From positions 1-64,000 of the forward strand of contig JBGAIQ010000013.1 of NCBI GenBank assembly GCA_044225365.1: a stretch of 64,000 nt of DNA, read 5' to 3'. The notes under the pieces are model-generated. The model saw only the letters and a list, made by a program, of their open reading frames with translations, ran no database searches and was not told where the DNA came from. Shown one piece after another: positions 1 through 10,633 of this stretch. The stretch comes from Planctomycetota bacterium. GTDB lineage: Bacteria; Planctomycetota; B15-G4; JADJEK01. Each line of letters begins with the position of its first letter. Position 1 is the stretch's first letter. The position numbers and the translations under genes are program-made.

Positions 1-2
1 CG

Positions 3-194
3 GCGGCGGGCACGTCGCTCCACGCCGCGATCAAGACCACCGTGTACCTCGCCGACATGGGCGACTTTCCCGCGATGAACGAGGTCTACGCCACGTACTT
101 CAAGGATCCACCGCCCGCTCGCTCCACCGTCGAAGTCCGCCGCCTGCCGCGCGATGCCAAGGTCGAGATCGACGTCATCGCGCTTAGCGCCTAG
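3..194 (+). CDS. ridA: RidA/YjgF/YER057c family protein, 3' part (5' truncated by window edge)
   Basis: Frame 3 reads [50 protein letters not shown], stop TAG at 192-194. The PARS..V..LP...VEI motif is the RidA signature. Confidence 0.9.
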   Translation, partial: AAGTSLHAAIKTTVYLADMGDFPAMNEVYATYFKDPPPARSTVEVRRLPRDAKVEIDVIALSA

Positions 195-215
195 TCCGCC
201 CGTGGGGATACCCCG

Positions 216-3200
216 ATGTCGATGAGTTCGTTCGCATTCCTCGTCGCGTGCTTCCTCGGCCCGGCGACCGTCCCTGACGACACCGCCCGGATCGAAGCGC
301 CGCGCTCGATCGAAGCCTTGCAGCGCAATGGCCTGCGGATCGTGGTGTGCCCGCGCGCGGGCGAGCCGGCCGTCGCATTGCGACTCTGTCTGCGCGCCGG
401 CTTCGGCTTCGAGAATGGCCAAGATCAGAAGGGTGCCGCAGCACTCGTGGCGTGGACATTGCGCTCGGCGCTCGCCGGACTGGAAGCCGAGGGCGGCAAG
501 GTCTCGGTCGCGGTCGATCTCGAGCATGCCGACCTCGCGCTGCTCGTCCCCAAGGCGTCGTTCGAGAAAACGGCGAAGCAGCTCGCCGACGCGGTGATCG
601 GATGCGCGTTCAAGGACGAGGACATCGCGCGGGGCAAGAAGGCGCTCGCGGAGGATCGAGCAAACGTCGCGGGCGGTGATGCGGTCGCGGTCGCGACGGC
701 GCTCGCCGAGGAACTCGCGTTCTCGCGCGTCGTGGCGATGCGCGCTCCGACGCGCCAGGCCGCGAGTGCGGTCTCGAACGATGCCGTGCGTGCGTTCGCG
801 AAGTCGTTCGTTCGGCCCTCGAACGCCGTGCTGGTCGTGGCGGGGGACGTCGATCCGGGCGATGCACAGAATCGACTGCGTGAGGTGTTTGCAGCCTGGC
901 CGCGCCAGCCCCAGCCCGCCGTCGATTTGCCCCTCGAGCCCGACGCGACCGCGACGCGCCGCGGAACCGCCGAGGTCGAGCACGGTGCTGGACTCGCCTA
1001 TCTCTTCCGTACGCCGGACAAGGATCACGCCGACGCCGCCGCGGTCGCCGTGTTCGCCGAGATGCTCGCACGCCGGATGGGCGCGCGATCCGGCGACTCC
1101 GCCGTCGTGACGCGCACTTCGACGATCGGCGGAGCGTACACGCTTGCGACGCAGAAGACGGAATTCGACGCGGTGGCGTCCCGCAAGGAATTCGAGGATG
1201 GGCTCACGAACTTCGTCGCCTCGCTCGGGGGCGAGGGCGCGAGCCTCCCCGCGGAACTTTCGGCCGCACGCGAATCGGCACGGAGCGTCGTCCTCGGGCG
1301 CATCGCGGCCGATCTCTCCACCGTCGATCGCCTCGCGGCTCGCTTCGCGCACGACTTGTCGGACCTCGACGATTGGCGCGGCGTGGAGCGCGAATTCGCG
1401 GCGATCTCGAAGGTGAGCGACCTCGATCTCCGACGCGTCGCGAAGCGCTACTTCGATCCCTCGCGCGCCGCGATCGGCGCGACCGGCCCGGTGCAGCGCG
1501 GCGCGTTCGCCACGATCTCCGGCGTCGAGCAGAAGGACTTGCCGCGAGGCGTGACGATTCTCGTCGACCCCGATCCGGGTACCAACTTCGTTTCGGTTGC
1601 CCTGCGAGCCGATGTCTCGGCGGCGAGGGCGAGTGAACCGCGAGTTGCGAACACCCTCGTCGCGGAAGTGTTGAGGCGCTCGGCGCTGCTCGCGGGAGCG
1701 ATCGAGGCGACCGCGACCCATCACGAAGTCTCACGCGTCGAGATCGAGTTCAGCGCTCTCGCGACGAACATCGACCGAATCCTCGATCGCACACTCGGCG
1801 TCCTTCGCGGCGAGGCCGTGGACCCGAAGGTGATCGAGGAAGCCGATGGCGCCGCCGCGGAGTTGCGTCGCGGGCGATTCGACGAGAACGCCCGTATCGT
1901 TCTCACCGCGATGGGGATGACGGAAGAAGCGGTCGTCGTTCCGGCCGCCGTCGGTCTCGATCGCGCGCGTGCCCTCCTAGAGCGACTGAAGGATCGAGGC
2001 GACTCCTCGCTTCGAATCGCCGCGCGGGGCGACATCACGCTCGCGGCCATCGAGAAGCACTTCGGATCGGCGGTTTCCGAGTCGTCGCAACCGCTCGTGG
2101 GGTCCGCCGGGGGCGCTGCGAGCGGTTCGCCCCAGCCGTCGAGGCGACGTGGCGACTCCAAGACCGACAAGGCGATCCTGGCTCGGGTGTTTCCGATCGA
2201 TGGCGAATCGCTGCTTGCGCGCTCGTTACGTGGGCTGCCCCGGGCCTCGGTGTTCGTCGATCCAGCATCGATCGCCGGCGGGGGCTCGAACCAGGATCTC
2301 TTGAACCATGTCACGATCGACGTGATCGAGACGAAGGCATGGCTCGCGCCGAACAAGACCTATCTCGTCATCGCGCTGCGAGTCGCTCCGAAGGACGTGT
2401 CGGAGGGCGATGCGGTCCTCGATGCGACGCTCGATGCTCTTGCGAAGCGCGGCATCTTGGCAGAGGACATTTCTCGCGGCCGGAAGATCGCACAGAGTGA
2501 GGAGTATGAACTCGCGCTGAGGACGGGTCATCGCACGCTCCAATTGCTCGATCACGGCGGCAGTCCACGGAAGGACGATGCGGCGGACCCGGCACGGTCG
2601 ACGCAGGAACTTCGGGCCCTGGTGAGCGGCGAGGCCATCCGCGTCCTCCTCCTCCCGAAGGACGTGCCGACTCCGGAGTCGTACTCCGCACTCGACGATC
2701 CGCGGCCGAAGCTCGGCATCGTGACGGCCCCGGTCGGGATCGTGGCGCCGGCGCACTCCGACGTGAACCCGTGCGATCTCTCGCTCCCGGAGCTCGAAAC
2801 GAGGTTCGGCAAGAACCTGCTCGAGCCGGATCCGGCGCGTCCGAACGGGCTCGGTCCGCCGAAGGGGACGAAAGAGGTCGCGCGCCTGCGGAGATGGTTC
2901 GGCGGCCCGCCCGGTGGCGGACTCTCCGGGATCATCAATACGGATGCGAACGTCACGGACTCGCTCTGCGAGTACGTCGCGCTCGCCCTCGTCACGCGGC
3001 ACAAGAACGATCCGCAGAAATGGGCGCCCGCGATCATCGACTACGCGTCGTGGAGCGACGACAAGCACACGGTCACGTTTCGGATGAAGCCGGGCGTGCA
3101 TTGGCAATTTCCCGCCGTCGACGCGAAGGACCCGAAGTACCAGTGGATCGTCGACCTGTTCGCCGTTCCGAAGAAGCGGCCCGAACTCACCACCGCGGAC

Positions 3201-4505
3201 CTCGCGTTCACGTTCAAGGTGATGACGCATCCCGACGCGTTCTCGAGCGGGCTGCGCGACGCCTATGCGGGCGCGCATTTCGAAGTGCTCGATCGCTACA
3301 CGGCGCGGATGACGTGGGACGAGCCGACGATCTTCACGTTCGTCTACTCGCTCAACTTCCAGACGATCCTCCCGGAGTTCCTGTTCTCGCGCGACGAGTC
3401 CGGCGCGATCGTCCCCGATGCCCTGCTCGGGAAGGCGATGAACGAGCACTGGTACAACTCGCGATTGTGCGGCTACGGCCCGTACGAGTTCGTGCGCATG
3501 GATCCGGGACAATCGATCGTCCTGCGTCGGATGGACGACTTCCCGATCTTCAAGCCCGCGGTGAAGGAGATCGAGTGGCAGATCTGCGGGGGAGAAGCAG
3601 CGACGCAGCGACTCCTCAAGGGCGACCTCGACTGCTCGACGCTCTCGCCGCTCGAGTACAAGACGCTCTACCGCGACGCGAAGGAGAAGGAGGGCGTGCG
3701 TGCCGAGCGCTTCGCGACGAAGCCGTACACGAAGGCCGAGTACTTCTATGTCGGGTGGAACTGTCGACTGCCGATGTTCGCGGACAAGCGAGTGCGACAC
3801 GCACTCGCGCAGGCGATCGATCGCAAGGCGCTCGTCGACAGCGTCTACTACGGCGCCGCGCCGCTCGTGGAAGGGCCGCTCTACGCCGACCATCCGTTCT
3901 TCGACGCGTCGCTGCCGCCCGTGAAGTTCGACCTCGAGGCCGCGTCGCGTGAACTCGATGCCGCGGGCTGGAAGGACTCCGACAACGACGGAATCCTCGA
4001 CAAGAAGTTCGGCGACACGAAGGTCGACTTCCGATTCACGTTCTCGAGCTTCTCCAATGCGCCAGAAGCCGACGCGTTCTGCGCCCTCCTGAAGGACGAT
4101 CTGAAGAAGATCGGCATCGAGGTGAAGATCGCGGTGATGCCGTTCAAGCAACTCCAGGAATCGACGAGGAATCACACCGCTCAGGCCTGGTACGGCATCT
4201 GGGGAACCTCGTACGAACTCGACTTCGGGAAGTTCGAGTCGCAGAACGCCGAGGAAGGATCGAACTACGGCGGGTACAGCAATCCCGAACTCGACGCGCT
4301 CTCGAAGGCGTACGAACACGCATTCGATCTCTCGCAGCGCAAGGAGATCGCACGGAAGATCCAGGCGATCCTGCGCGACGATCCGCCTTACGCGTTCCTC
4401 ATTCGACGCGAGCGGCTCACGGTGTTCCCGAGCCGACTCGGCGGCGTCGACTACAGCCCGGTTCGTCCGCAGCTCCTCTGCCTGTCCTGGTACGAGAAGA
4501 ACTGA
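216..4505 (+). CDS. Exported fusion: two degenerate M16 (insulinase-like) modules + family 5 ABC substrate-binding domain
   Basis: N-terminal hydrophobic signal. NGLRIVV...AG.GFE...KGAAALVAW and LPRGVTILVD resemble M16 starts but lack HxxEH; PSNAVLVVAGDVD and DLRRVAKRYFDP are M16_C-like. The C-terminal ~600 aa has SBP_bac_5 motifs (TVTFRMKPGVHW, GYGPYEF, FADKRVRHALAQAIDR, NYGGYSNPELD). Confidence 0.85.
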   Translation: MSMSSFAFLVACFLGPATVPDDTARIEAPRSIEALQRNGLRIVVCPRAGEPAVALRLCLRAGFGFENGQDQKGAAALVAWTLRSALAGLEAEGGKVSVAVDLEHADLALLVPKASFEKTAKQLADAVIGCAFKDEDIARGKKALAEDRANVAGGDAVAVATALAEELAFSRVVAMRAPTRQAASAVSNDAVRAFAKSFVRPSNAVLVVAGDVDPGDAQNRLREVFAAWPRQPQPAVDLPLEPDATATRRGTAEVEHGAGLAYLFRTPDKDHADAAAVAVFAEMLARRMGARSGDSAVVTRTSTIGGAYTLATQKTEFDAVASRKEFEDGLTNFVASLGGEGASLPAELSAARESARSVVLGRIAADLSTVDRLAARFAHDLSDLDDWRGVEREFAAISKVSDLDLRRVAKRYFDPSRAAIGATGPVQRGAFATISGVEQKDLPRGVTILVDPDPGTNFVSVALRADVSAARASEPRVANTLVAEVLRRSALLAGAIEATATHHEVSRVEIEFSALATNIDRILDRTLGVLRGEAVDPKVIEEADGAAAELRRGRFDENARIVLTAMGMTEEAVVVPAAVGLDRARALLERLKDRGDSSLRIAARGDITLAAIEKHFGSAVSESSQPLVGSAGGAASGSPQPSRRRGDSKTDKAILARVFPIDGESLLARSLRGLPRASVFVDPASIAGGGSNQDLLNHVTIDVIETKAWLAPNKTYLVIALRVAPKDVSEGDAVLDATLDALAKRGILAEDISRGRKIAQSEEYELALRTGHRTLQLLDHGGSPRKDDAADPARSTQELRALVSGEAIRVLLLPKDVPTPESYSALDDPRPKLGIVTAPVGIVAPAHSDVNPCDLSLPELETRFGKNLLEPDPARPNGLGPPKGTKEVARLRRWFGGPPGGGLSGIINTDANVTDSLCEYVALALVTRHKNDPQKWAPAIIDYASWSDDKHTVTFRMKPGVHWQFPAVDAKDPKYQWIVDLFAVPKKRPELTTADLAFTFKVMTHPDAFSSGLRDAYAGAHFEVLDRYTARMTWDEPTIFTFVYSLNFQTILPEFLFSRDESGAIVPDALLGKAMNEHWYNSRLCGYGPYEFVRMDPGQSIVLRRMDDFPIFKPAVKEIEWQICGGEAATQRLLKGDLDCSTLSPLEYKTLYRDAKEKEGVRAERFATKPYTKAEYFYVGWNCRLPMFADKRVRHALAQAIDRKALVDSVYYGAAPLVEGPLYADHPFFDASLPPVKFDLEAASRELDAAGWKDSDNDGILDKKFGDTKVDFRFTFSSFSNAPEADAFCALLKDDLKKIGIEVKIAVMPFKQLQESTRNHTAQAWYGIWGTSYELDFGKFESQNAEEGSNYGGYSNPELDALSKAYEHAFDLSQRKEIARKIQAILRDDPPYAFLIRRERLTVFPSRLGGVDYSPVRPQLLCLSWYEKN

Positions 4506-4508
4506 CGC

Positions 4509-5909
4509 TTGACGGCGCGAGCGCTCCTGCGGCGGATCCTGCTCGCGGTGCCGACGACCGGCACGATCCTGCTCGTTCTGTTCGTGCTCGTAAACGTCGT
4601 TCCGATCCTGGAGCCCGCGGGGGATCCTGAGAATCCATCGAGCGCCAACTCGCGCCGGGAGGGGCGGCGGGTCTTTCGCGAACAGTACGGACTCGACCTG
4701 CCGCTGCTACTCGACCTGAGATTCCTCGCGACCGCCGACGAGGTGCTCGCAAAGGACGATGACGCCGTTCGCGAATTCGGACTCCACGGCGTGATCCCAT
4801 TGCTCCAGGCCGCGGGGGACACGAAGCGCGACACCTCGCAGCGGGATCGTGCGTTGCGTCTGCTGCCCGCCTGCGCTCGCGAATCGATCCGCGTGCGCGA
4901 CGCAGCACAGGAGCAGGAGAGGAAGCTCGAGCGAAATCGCGAGGTCGCGCGGATCGAAGCGGCGACGACCGCTCTCGACGAGGCGAAGCGCAACGCACTC
5001 GTCGACGATTGGACCCGCTTCGTGGAGAGCGATCGAGAGCGTTTCGATCCGTGCGGATGGAGTCGCGTCGCGGTCGCGCTGAAGTCGACGCGACTCTTCG
5101 TCTATCTCTCCAATCTCGCACACCTCGACTTCGGGCGGTCGATCGAGGACGGTCAGCCGGTGCTCCCCGTGATGCTCCACCGTCTCGCGCGGAGCGCGAC
5201 GCTCGGCGCGATGTACATCGTCTTCAGCTTCGCTGCAGCGATTCCACTCGGCCTGTTCGTCGCGAGCCTGCGGCGCCGCGGCCAACATCGCGGCGCGAAC
5301 TTCGTGCTCTACGCGGTGTACTCCCTGCCCGGATTCTTCGTCGCGATCCTCCTCCAGCAGACCCTCGCGGCAGGGCATCCCTTCGGCTCCTTCCCGCTCG
5401 GCGGATTCCACACCAACGGTCCGATGTACGAGGAGTGGGGCGCCGTCCTGCGCACGTTCGACGTGCTGCACCACATGCTGTTGCCCGTCGTCGCGATCTC
5501 GTTGCCGACGATCGTTGCGCTCACGCGACTCCTCGACGGCGCGCTCGATGACGCCCTGCGCTCCGACTACGTCGCGGCCGCTCGGGCGAAGGGATTGTCG
5601 CCACGTCGCGTGCTGTTCCGGCATGCATTGCGCAATGCGCTGCTCCCGCTCGCAACGGCATTCGGGAACATGGTGCCCGTAATCGTCGGCGGCGCGGCGA
5701 CGATCGAGTTCGTGTTCGACATTCCCGGCGTCGGGTCGTACCTGATCGAGGCCGTGTTCGCGAACGACTTCAACGTCGTGCTGTGCGTCACGCTCTTCTC
5801 CGCGATCGCGACTCAGTTCGGTTATCTGCTTTCGGATCTCCTCTACGCGCGGCTCGATCCGCGGATCGACGGTCTCTCCACGCTCGCGCCCGCTGGGAGT
5901 GCGCGATGA
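4509..5909 (+). CDS. ABC transporter permease, OppB/DppB type
   Basis: LDFGRSI, HHMLLP and the EAA-loop DYVAAARAKGLS...HALRNALLP; ends DLLYARLDPRI. TTG start 4 nt after the SBP stop. Confidence 0.93.
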   Translation: MTARALLRRILLAVPTTGTILLVLFVLVNVVPILEPAGDPENPSSANSRREGRRVFREQYGLDLPLLLDLRFLATADEVLAKDDDAVREFGLHGVIPLLQAAGDTKRDTSQRDRALRLLPACARESIRVRDAAQEQERKLERNREVARIEAATTALDEAKRNALVDDWTRFVESDRERFDPCGWSRVAVALKSTRLFVYLSNLAHLDFGRSIEDGQPVLPVMLHRLARSATLGAMYIVFSFAAAIPLGLFVASLRRRGQHRGANFVLYAVYSLPGFFVAILLQQTLAAGHPFGSFPLGGFHTNGPMYEEWGAVLRTFDVLHHMLLPVVAISLPTIVALTRLLDGALDDALRSDYVAAARAKGLSPRRVLFRHALRNALLPLATAFGNMVPVIVGGAATIEFVFDIPGVGSYLIEAVFANDFNVVLCVTLFSAIATQFGYLLSDLLYARLDPRIDGLSTLAPAGSAR

Positions 5910-7081
5910 GCGTCCTCTCGATCGGCAAGCAGGATCGCGTGGCGAGATTCGCGATGTGGTCCGCGGTGGCGTTTGCGCTGCTCGCACTCGGCGCACCGCT
6001 CATCGCGTCGAGCCGGCCGTTCTGGATGTTCGTGCCGCAAGGCGAGGGCGGAACGGGCTTCCTCGCAATGCAGGAGGGCTGGTCGTTCCCGTGGTTCGCC
6101 GCGCTCTTCGACGCCCGTCTCTACGAGACGCTGCTCGACCGCCAGTTCAATGGACTGCTCGTCGTTCTGCCCATCGTGCTCCTCGCCCGCCTCGTGGCGA
6201 ACTCGCGCGTGCGGAGAAGCGTCACGGTCGGCGGTGTCCTCGTGGGTCTCGCGCTGCCGTTCGTCGTCCATACGTCGTCGCCGCCGCGAGATTACGCGTC
6301 GAGGATCGAAGCGATGCGCGCGCGGGGCGTCGACGTCGTCGCCGCGTTGCCCCTCGTGCCGCATGCGCCCGCGGAGACCGAAGCCGAGACCGGCCTCGCC
6401 GGCCCGTCGCGATCGCATTGGTTCGGAACCGATACGATCGGCCGCGACGTGCTCAGCATGCTGCTCTTCGGCGCTAGGACGGCGCTCAGCGTCGGCCTCC
6501 TGTCGGTTCTGCTGTCGCATGCGATCGGGATCCTCATCGGGATGATCGCGGGAGCGCGGGGCGGGCTCGTCGATCTCGTGCTCGGAAGACTGATCGAGGT
6601 GGTTGCGTGCATTCCGTTCTTCGTGCTCGTCGTCGCGCTCATCGCGATCCTGGGTGAACACTCCCTCTGGCACGTCGTCCTGATCTTCGGACTCTTCGGC
6701 TGGACCGGCTCGGCGCGGCTCGTTCGCGCCGAGATGTTGCGGCTGCGCGAACAGGACAGCACGCTCGCGGCACGCGCGCTCGGGATCCCGGAGTGGCGGA
6801 TCGCCTTCTTCCATCTGCTGCCCGCCGCTCTGACTCCGCTGATCGTGAGTGCGGGTTTCGCCGTGGCGAGTACGATCCTCGTCGAGGCATCGCTGTCGTT
6901 CCTCGGTTTGTCCGATCCGACGTTGCCGTCGTGGGGCCAGGTGCTGCGCGCCGGCCGCGAGACTCACGCGACGCACTTGATTCTCGCTCCCGGCATCCTC
7001 ATCTTCTACATCGTGACGGCGATCAACCTGCTCGCCGACGCCCTTCGCGAATCCATGCAGGTGAAACCGAGCACCGTCTGA
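5906..7081 (+). CDS. ABC transporter permease, OppC/DppC type
   Basis: [47 protein letters not shown] overlap with the upstream stop. Confidence 0.93.
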   Translation: MSVLSIGKQDRVARFAMWSAVAFALLALGAPLIASSRPFWMFVPQGEGGTGFLAMQEGWSFPWFAALFDARLYETLLDRQFNGLLVVLPIVLLARLVANSRVRRSVTVGGVLVGLALPFVVHTSSPPRDYASRIEAMRARGVDVVAALPLVPHAPAETEAETGLAGPSRSHWFGTDTIGRDVLSMLLFGARTALSVGLLSVLLSHAIGILIGMIAGARGGLVDLVLGRLIEVVACIPFFVLVVALIAILGEHSLWHVVLIFGLFGWTGSARLVRAEMLRLREQDSTLAARALGIPEWRIAFFHLLPAALTPLIVSAGFAVASTILVEASLSFLGLSDPTLPSWGQVLRAGRETHATHLILAPGILIFYIVTAINLLADALRESMQVKPSTV

Positions 7082-7132
7082 TGCAGGTTCGCACCCCACA
7101 CGACGTGAGACCGACATGAGACGAGCCGCGCC

Positions 7133-8131
7133 ATGACGGGGCCATTGCTCGCGGTCGAGGATCTCTCGATCGATCTGCGATCGAAGGGCCAGGCCAGCGC
7201 GCCGGTCGTCGACGGCCTCTCGTTCACGATCGGTCGCGGCGAGACGCTCGCGCTCGTCGGAGAGTCGGGGTGCGGCAAATCGGTGAGCGCGCTCGCGATC
7301 CTGCGCCTGCTCGATCCGCCCCTGTTCGCCACGCGGGGGAAGATCGTGCTCGAAGGTCGCGATCTCGCGGCGCTGCCCGAGCGCGAGCTGTACACCGTTC
7401 GCGGGCGACGCATCGCGATGATCTTCCAGGAGCCGATGACGGCGCTGAACCCCGTGATGACGGTGGGGGATCAGATCGCGGAGGGGATGATCGTTCACGA
7501 GCGGCTGCCCGAGAAGGAGGCGCGGAGGCGTACGCTCGAACTCATGCGAGAGGTCGGGATCGCCGACGTCGAGCAACGGATCGATCGGTATCCCCACGAG
7601 ATGTCCGGCGGAATGCGACAGCGCGTGATGATCGCGATGGCGCTCGCATGCTCCCCGGATCTGCTCCTCGCAGACGAACCCACGACGGCGCTGGACGTCA
7701 CGGTGCAGGCGCAGATCCTCGCGCTGCTGCGCGGTCTCAAGGAGAAGCGGGGGCTCTCGATCCTGCTCATCACGCACGATCTCGGCGTGGTCGCCGAGAT
7801 GGCCGACCGCGTCGCCGTGATGTACGCCGGTCGCATCGTCGAGGAGGCAACCGTCCTCGAGTTGTTCGATCGGCCTGCGCATCCGTACACGCAGGCGCTC
7901 TTCCGGTCGCGACCGCAGCACACGGCGCCGGGCAGCCGCCTCGTATCGATCGAGGGGACGGTGCCCGCGATCGGACGCTTCCCGTCGGGCTGCCGTTTCC
8001 ATCCGCGGTGCGTAGAGGCCGAATCGCGGTGCACCACGATCTCGCCGGAGTCGAAGGCGCTATCGGATGCTCCCGATCATCACGTCGCCTGCCTCCTGCG
8101 AGAAGCTCGACTTCGCGGGGCGACCGCATGA
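7133..8131 (+). CDS. ABC transporter ATP-binding protein, OppD/DppD type
   Basis: Walker A GESGCGKS, signature [21 protein letters not shown] and a C-terminal [10 protein letters not shown] domain. Confidence 0.96.
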   Translation: MTGPLLAVEDLSIDLRSKGQASAPVVDGLSFTIGRGETLALVGESGCGKSVSALAILRLLDPPLFATRGKIVLEGRDLAALPERELYTVRGRRIAMIFQEPMTALNPVMTVGDQIAEGMIVHERLPEKEARRRTLELMREVGIADVEQRIDRYPHEMSGGMRQRVMIAMALACSPDLLLADEPTTALDVTVQAQILALLRGLKEKRGLSILLITHDLGVVAEMADRVAVMYAGRIVEEATVLELFDRPAHPYTQALFRSRPQHTAPGSRLVSIEGTVPAIGRFPSGCRFHPRCVEAESRCTTISPESKALSDAPDHHVACLLREARLRGATA

Positions 8132-9126
8132 CCGGCGCACCCCACGAAAAGTTGCTCGATGTCGTCGATCTCGTGAAGACGTTCGCGGCCGATGGGGGTC
8201 GGCGCGTGCACGCGGTCGACCACGTCTCCTTCTCCCTCGGTGAGGGTGAGACCCTGGGCTGCGTCGGCGAATCGGGATGCGGCAAGACGACGCTCGGCCG
8301 TGCGGTGCTACGCCTCGTCGAACCGGATTCGGGTCGCATCGTCTTCCATGACTCGCGAGGCGAAGCCCGCGATCTCCTGGATCTCTCGGCTGCGGAGATG
8401 CGACCGTTGCGCCGCGAGATGCAGATCGTGTTCCAGGATCCGTTCTCGTCGCTCAATCCTCGCTTCGTCGTGCGCGATCTCGTGGGCGAGGCCGTCCGCA
8501 TTCATCACCTCGCGTCGGGCGAGGCCGTGGAGGAGCGGGTCGTCCAGGCCCTCCAGCGCGTCGGTCTCGATGCTTCGCACCTCGATCGGTACCCCCACGA
8601 ATTCTCGGGCGGTCAACGCCAGCGCATCTGCATTGCCCGCGCGCTCGCGCTGGAGCCGCGGTTCCTCGTCTGCGACGAGCCCGTTTCGGCGCTCGACGTG
8701 TCGGTGCAGGCGCAGGTCGTCAATCTGTTCGCCAAGCTCGAGGCCGAGCTCGGTCTCGCACTCCTCTTCATCTCGCACGATCTCCACATCGTGCGCCATC
8801 TCTGCGATCGCGTGATGGTCATGTACCTCGGGGAGATCGTCGAGGAAGCGCCAACGGCCACGCTGTTCGAGACGCCGCGGCATCCCTACTCCCGCGCACT
8901 CCTCTCGGCGGTTCCGATCGCTCATCCGAAGGACAAGGCGAGCGCGCGCGATCGTTTCGGGCGAGCCGGCCTGCTGAAGGGTGATCCACCCTCGCCCACG
9001 GCGCCTCCGAGCGGTTGTCGCTTTCGCACGCGATGCCCGATGGCGGCCGACCTCTGCGCCGAGAAGGCTCCCCCGTGGCGGATCGGGGCGGAAGGTCAGC
9101 GCTATCGCTGTCACTTCGAGACCTGA
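8128..9126 (+). CDS. ABC transporter ATP-binding protein, OppF/DppF type
   Basis: GESGCGKT, FSGGQRQRI, DEPVSALD, GCRFRTRC. ATG at 8128 overlaps the upstream TGA. Confidence 0.96.
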   Translation: MTGAPHEKLLDVVDLVKTFAADGGRRVHAVDHVSFSLGEGETLGCVGESGCGKTTLGRAVLRLVEPDSGRIVFHDSRGEARDLLDLSAAEMRPLRREMQIVFQDPFSSLNPRFVVRDLVGEAVRIHHLASGEAVEERVVQALQRVGLDASHLDRYPHEFSGGQRQRICIARALALEPRFLVCDEPVSALDVSVQAQVVNLFAKLEAELGLALLFISHDLHIVRHLCDRVMVMYLGEIVEEAPTATLFETPRHPYSRALLSAVPIAHPKDKASARDRFGRAGLLKGDPPSPTAPPSGCRFRTRCPMAADLCAEKAPPWRIGAEGQRYRCHFET

Positions 9127-9276
9127 TTCCCGCGATTTCACCCATCCAAGGGGGCTCTCGTTCCGTATCCGCCTTCGTCGGCCGCCGTTCGAAGCGGTGG
9201 ACCGGGCCGCATCAATCCGTATCATGCGGCCGTTCGCTGTGTGACTCGATGTCCACCCCATGAAGGAGTGAAGAAC

Positions 9277-9672
9277 GTGAAGAACGAGAATGCCCGCTCA
9301 TCCGGTACGAACCGCCGTGACTTCAACCGACTGATCGCGCTCGCGGTCGGCGGCACGATCCTCGGCGCGACGGCCGGCTGCCAGGGTTCGAAGAGCGCTC
9401 CGGCGCAGGCGGAGATGGCGACGGGCAAGCACGCCTGCAAGGGCATGAACACCTGCAAGGGTCAGGGCGGCTGCAAGTCCGACTCGAACTCCTGCAAGGG
9501 CATGAACGACTGCAAGGGTAAGGGTGGCTGCGCCACGGCGGAGAAGCACGGCTGCAAGGGCAGTAACGAGTGCAAGGGCCAGGGCGGCTGCAAGACGGGC
9601 AACAACGGCTGCGCCGGCAAGAACGACTGCAAGGGCAAGGGCGGTTGCGCGGTCCCCGTCGCCAAGCACTGA
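9277..9672 (+). CDS. Cys-rich RiPP precursor, bufferin BufA2-like, with Tat signal and lipobox
   Basis: AAGGAG RBS then GTG at 9277. NRRDFN twin-arginine motif, hydrophobic stretch, TAG-C lipobox, then four C-[KA]-G-x-N-x-C-K-G-x-G-G-C units. Lies directly upstream of DUF692. Confidence 0.85.
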   Translation: MKNENARSSGTNRRDFNRLIALAVGGTILGATAGCQGSKSAPAQAEMATGKHACKGMNTCKGQGGCKSDSNSCKGMNDCKGKGGCATAEKHGCKGSNECKGQGGCKTGNNGCAGKNDCKGKGGCAVPVAKH

Positions 9673-9778
9673 TCCTCGTCGATCGAACCCGATCGTGATC
9701 GACGCGAGCGTGGAGCAGAAGTCCACGCTCGCGTCCGATCGTTTTCCGCGGAAGCGCCCAAGGCAGGCCAACACGAGA

Positions 9779-10633
9779 ATGAAGGCAGCGAAGTCCCGCA
9801 ATCGGTTCGGACTGCAAGACCTCGGCATCGGGGTCGGGCTGCGGACCGTTCACTTCGGGCATGTCGTCGAAGAGCGCCCCGCGGTTGACTGGTTCGAGAT
9901 CATTTCCGAGAACTTCATGGGCACGGGCGGTCGCCCGATTTACTTCCTCGATCGCGTGGCCGAGCGCTATCCCATCGCGATGCACGGCGTCTCGCTCTCG
10001 ATCGGCAGCGCCGATCCGGTCGACTTCGAGTATCTGCGGGGATTGAAGGCACTCGCGAAGCGATGCAACGCTGTCTGGCTCGGGGATCACGTCTGCTGGA
10101 CGGGAGTCGCGGGCCGCAACACGCACGATCTCCTGCCCTTGCCCTACGACGAGGCGACGCTCGATCACGTCGTCGCCAAGGTGAAGCGCGTGCAGGACTT
10201 TCTCGAACGGCCGCTCGTCCTCGAGAACCCGTCGACCTACGCGACCTTTCGCCATTCGACGATGTCGGAGCCCGAGTTCATCGCGCGGCTCGCGACGGAA
10301 GCGGATTGCGGGATCCTGCTCGACGTCAACAACGTCTACGTGACGTGCCGGAACCACGGTCTCGATCCGCTCGCCTATCTCGCAAAGATCCCGTTCGACC
10401 GCGTGGTGCAGATCCACCTCGCGGGTCACACCGACAAGGGCACGCACTGCATCGACACCCACATCGGTCCCGTCATCGATCCCGTGTGGGATCTCTACGC
10501 CAAGGTGATGCAGAAGGCGGGGCCGATCGCGACGCTGCTCGAATGGGATGAAGCGATCCCGGCTTTCGGCGTCGTGCACGACGAGGCGCTGAAGGCGGCG
10601 CGGTATCGCGATGCGATGAGCGTGGTGCGATGA
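9779..10633 (+). CDS. Multinuclear non-heme iron oxidative enzyme (MNIO, DUF692; BufB/MbnB family)
   Basis: GIGVGLR, FEIISENF, HGVSLSIGS, DHVCW, DLLPLP, LENPSTY, LLDVNNVYV, IHLAGH, IDTH, LLEWD. Confidence 0.96.
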   Translation: MKAAKSRNRFGLQDLGIGVGLRTVHFGHVVEERPAVDWFEIISENFMGTGGRPIYFLDRVAERYPIAMHGVSLSIGSADPVDFEYLRGLKALAKRCNAVWLGDHVCWTGVAGRNTHDLLPLPYDEATLDHVVAKVKRVQDFLERPLVLENPSTYATFRHSTMSEPEFIARLATEADCGILLDVNNVYVTCRNHGLDPLAYLAKIPFDRVVQIHLAGHTDKGTHCIDTHIGPVIDPVWDLYAKVMQKAGPIATLLEWDEAIPAFGVVHDEALKAARYRDAMSVVR

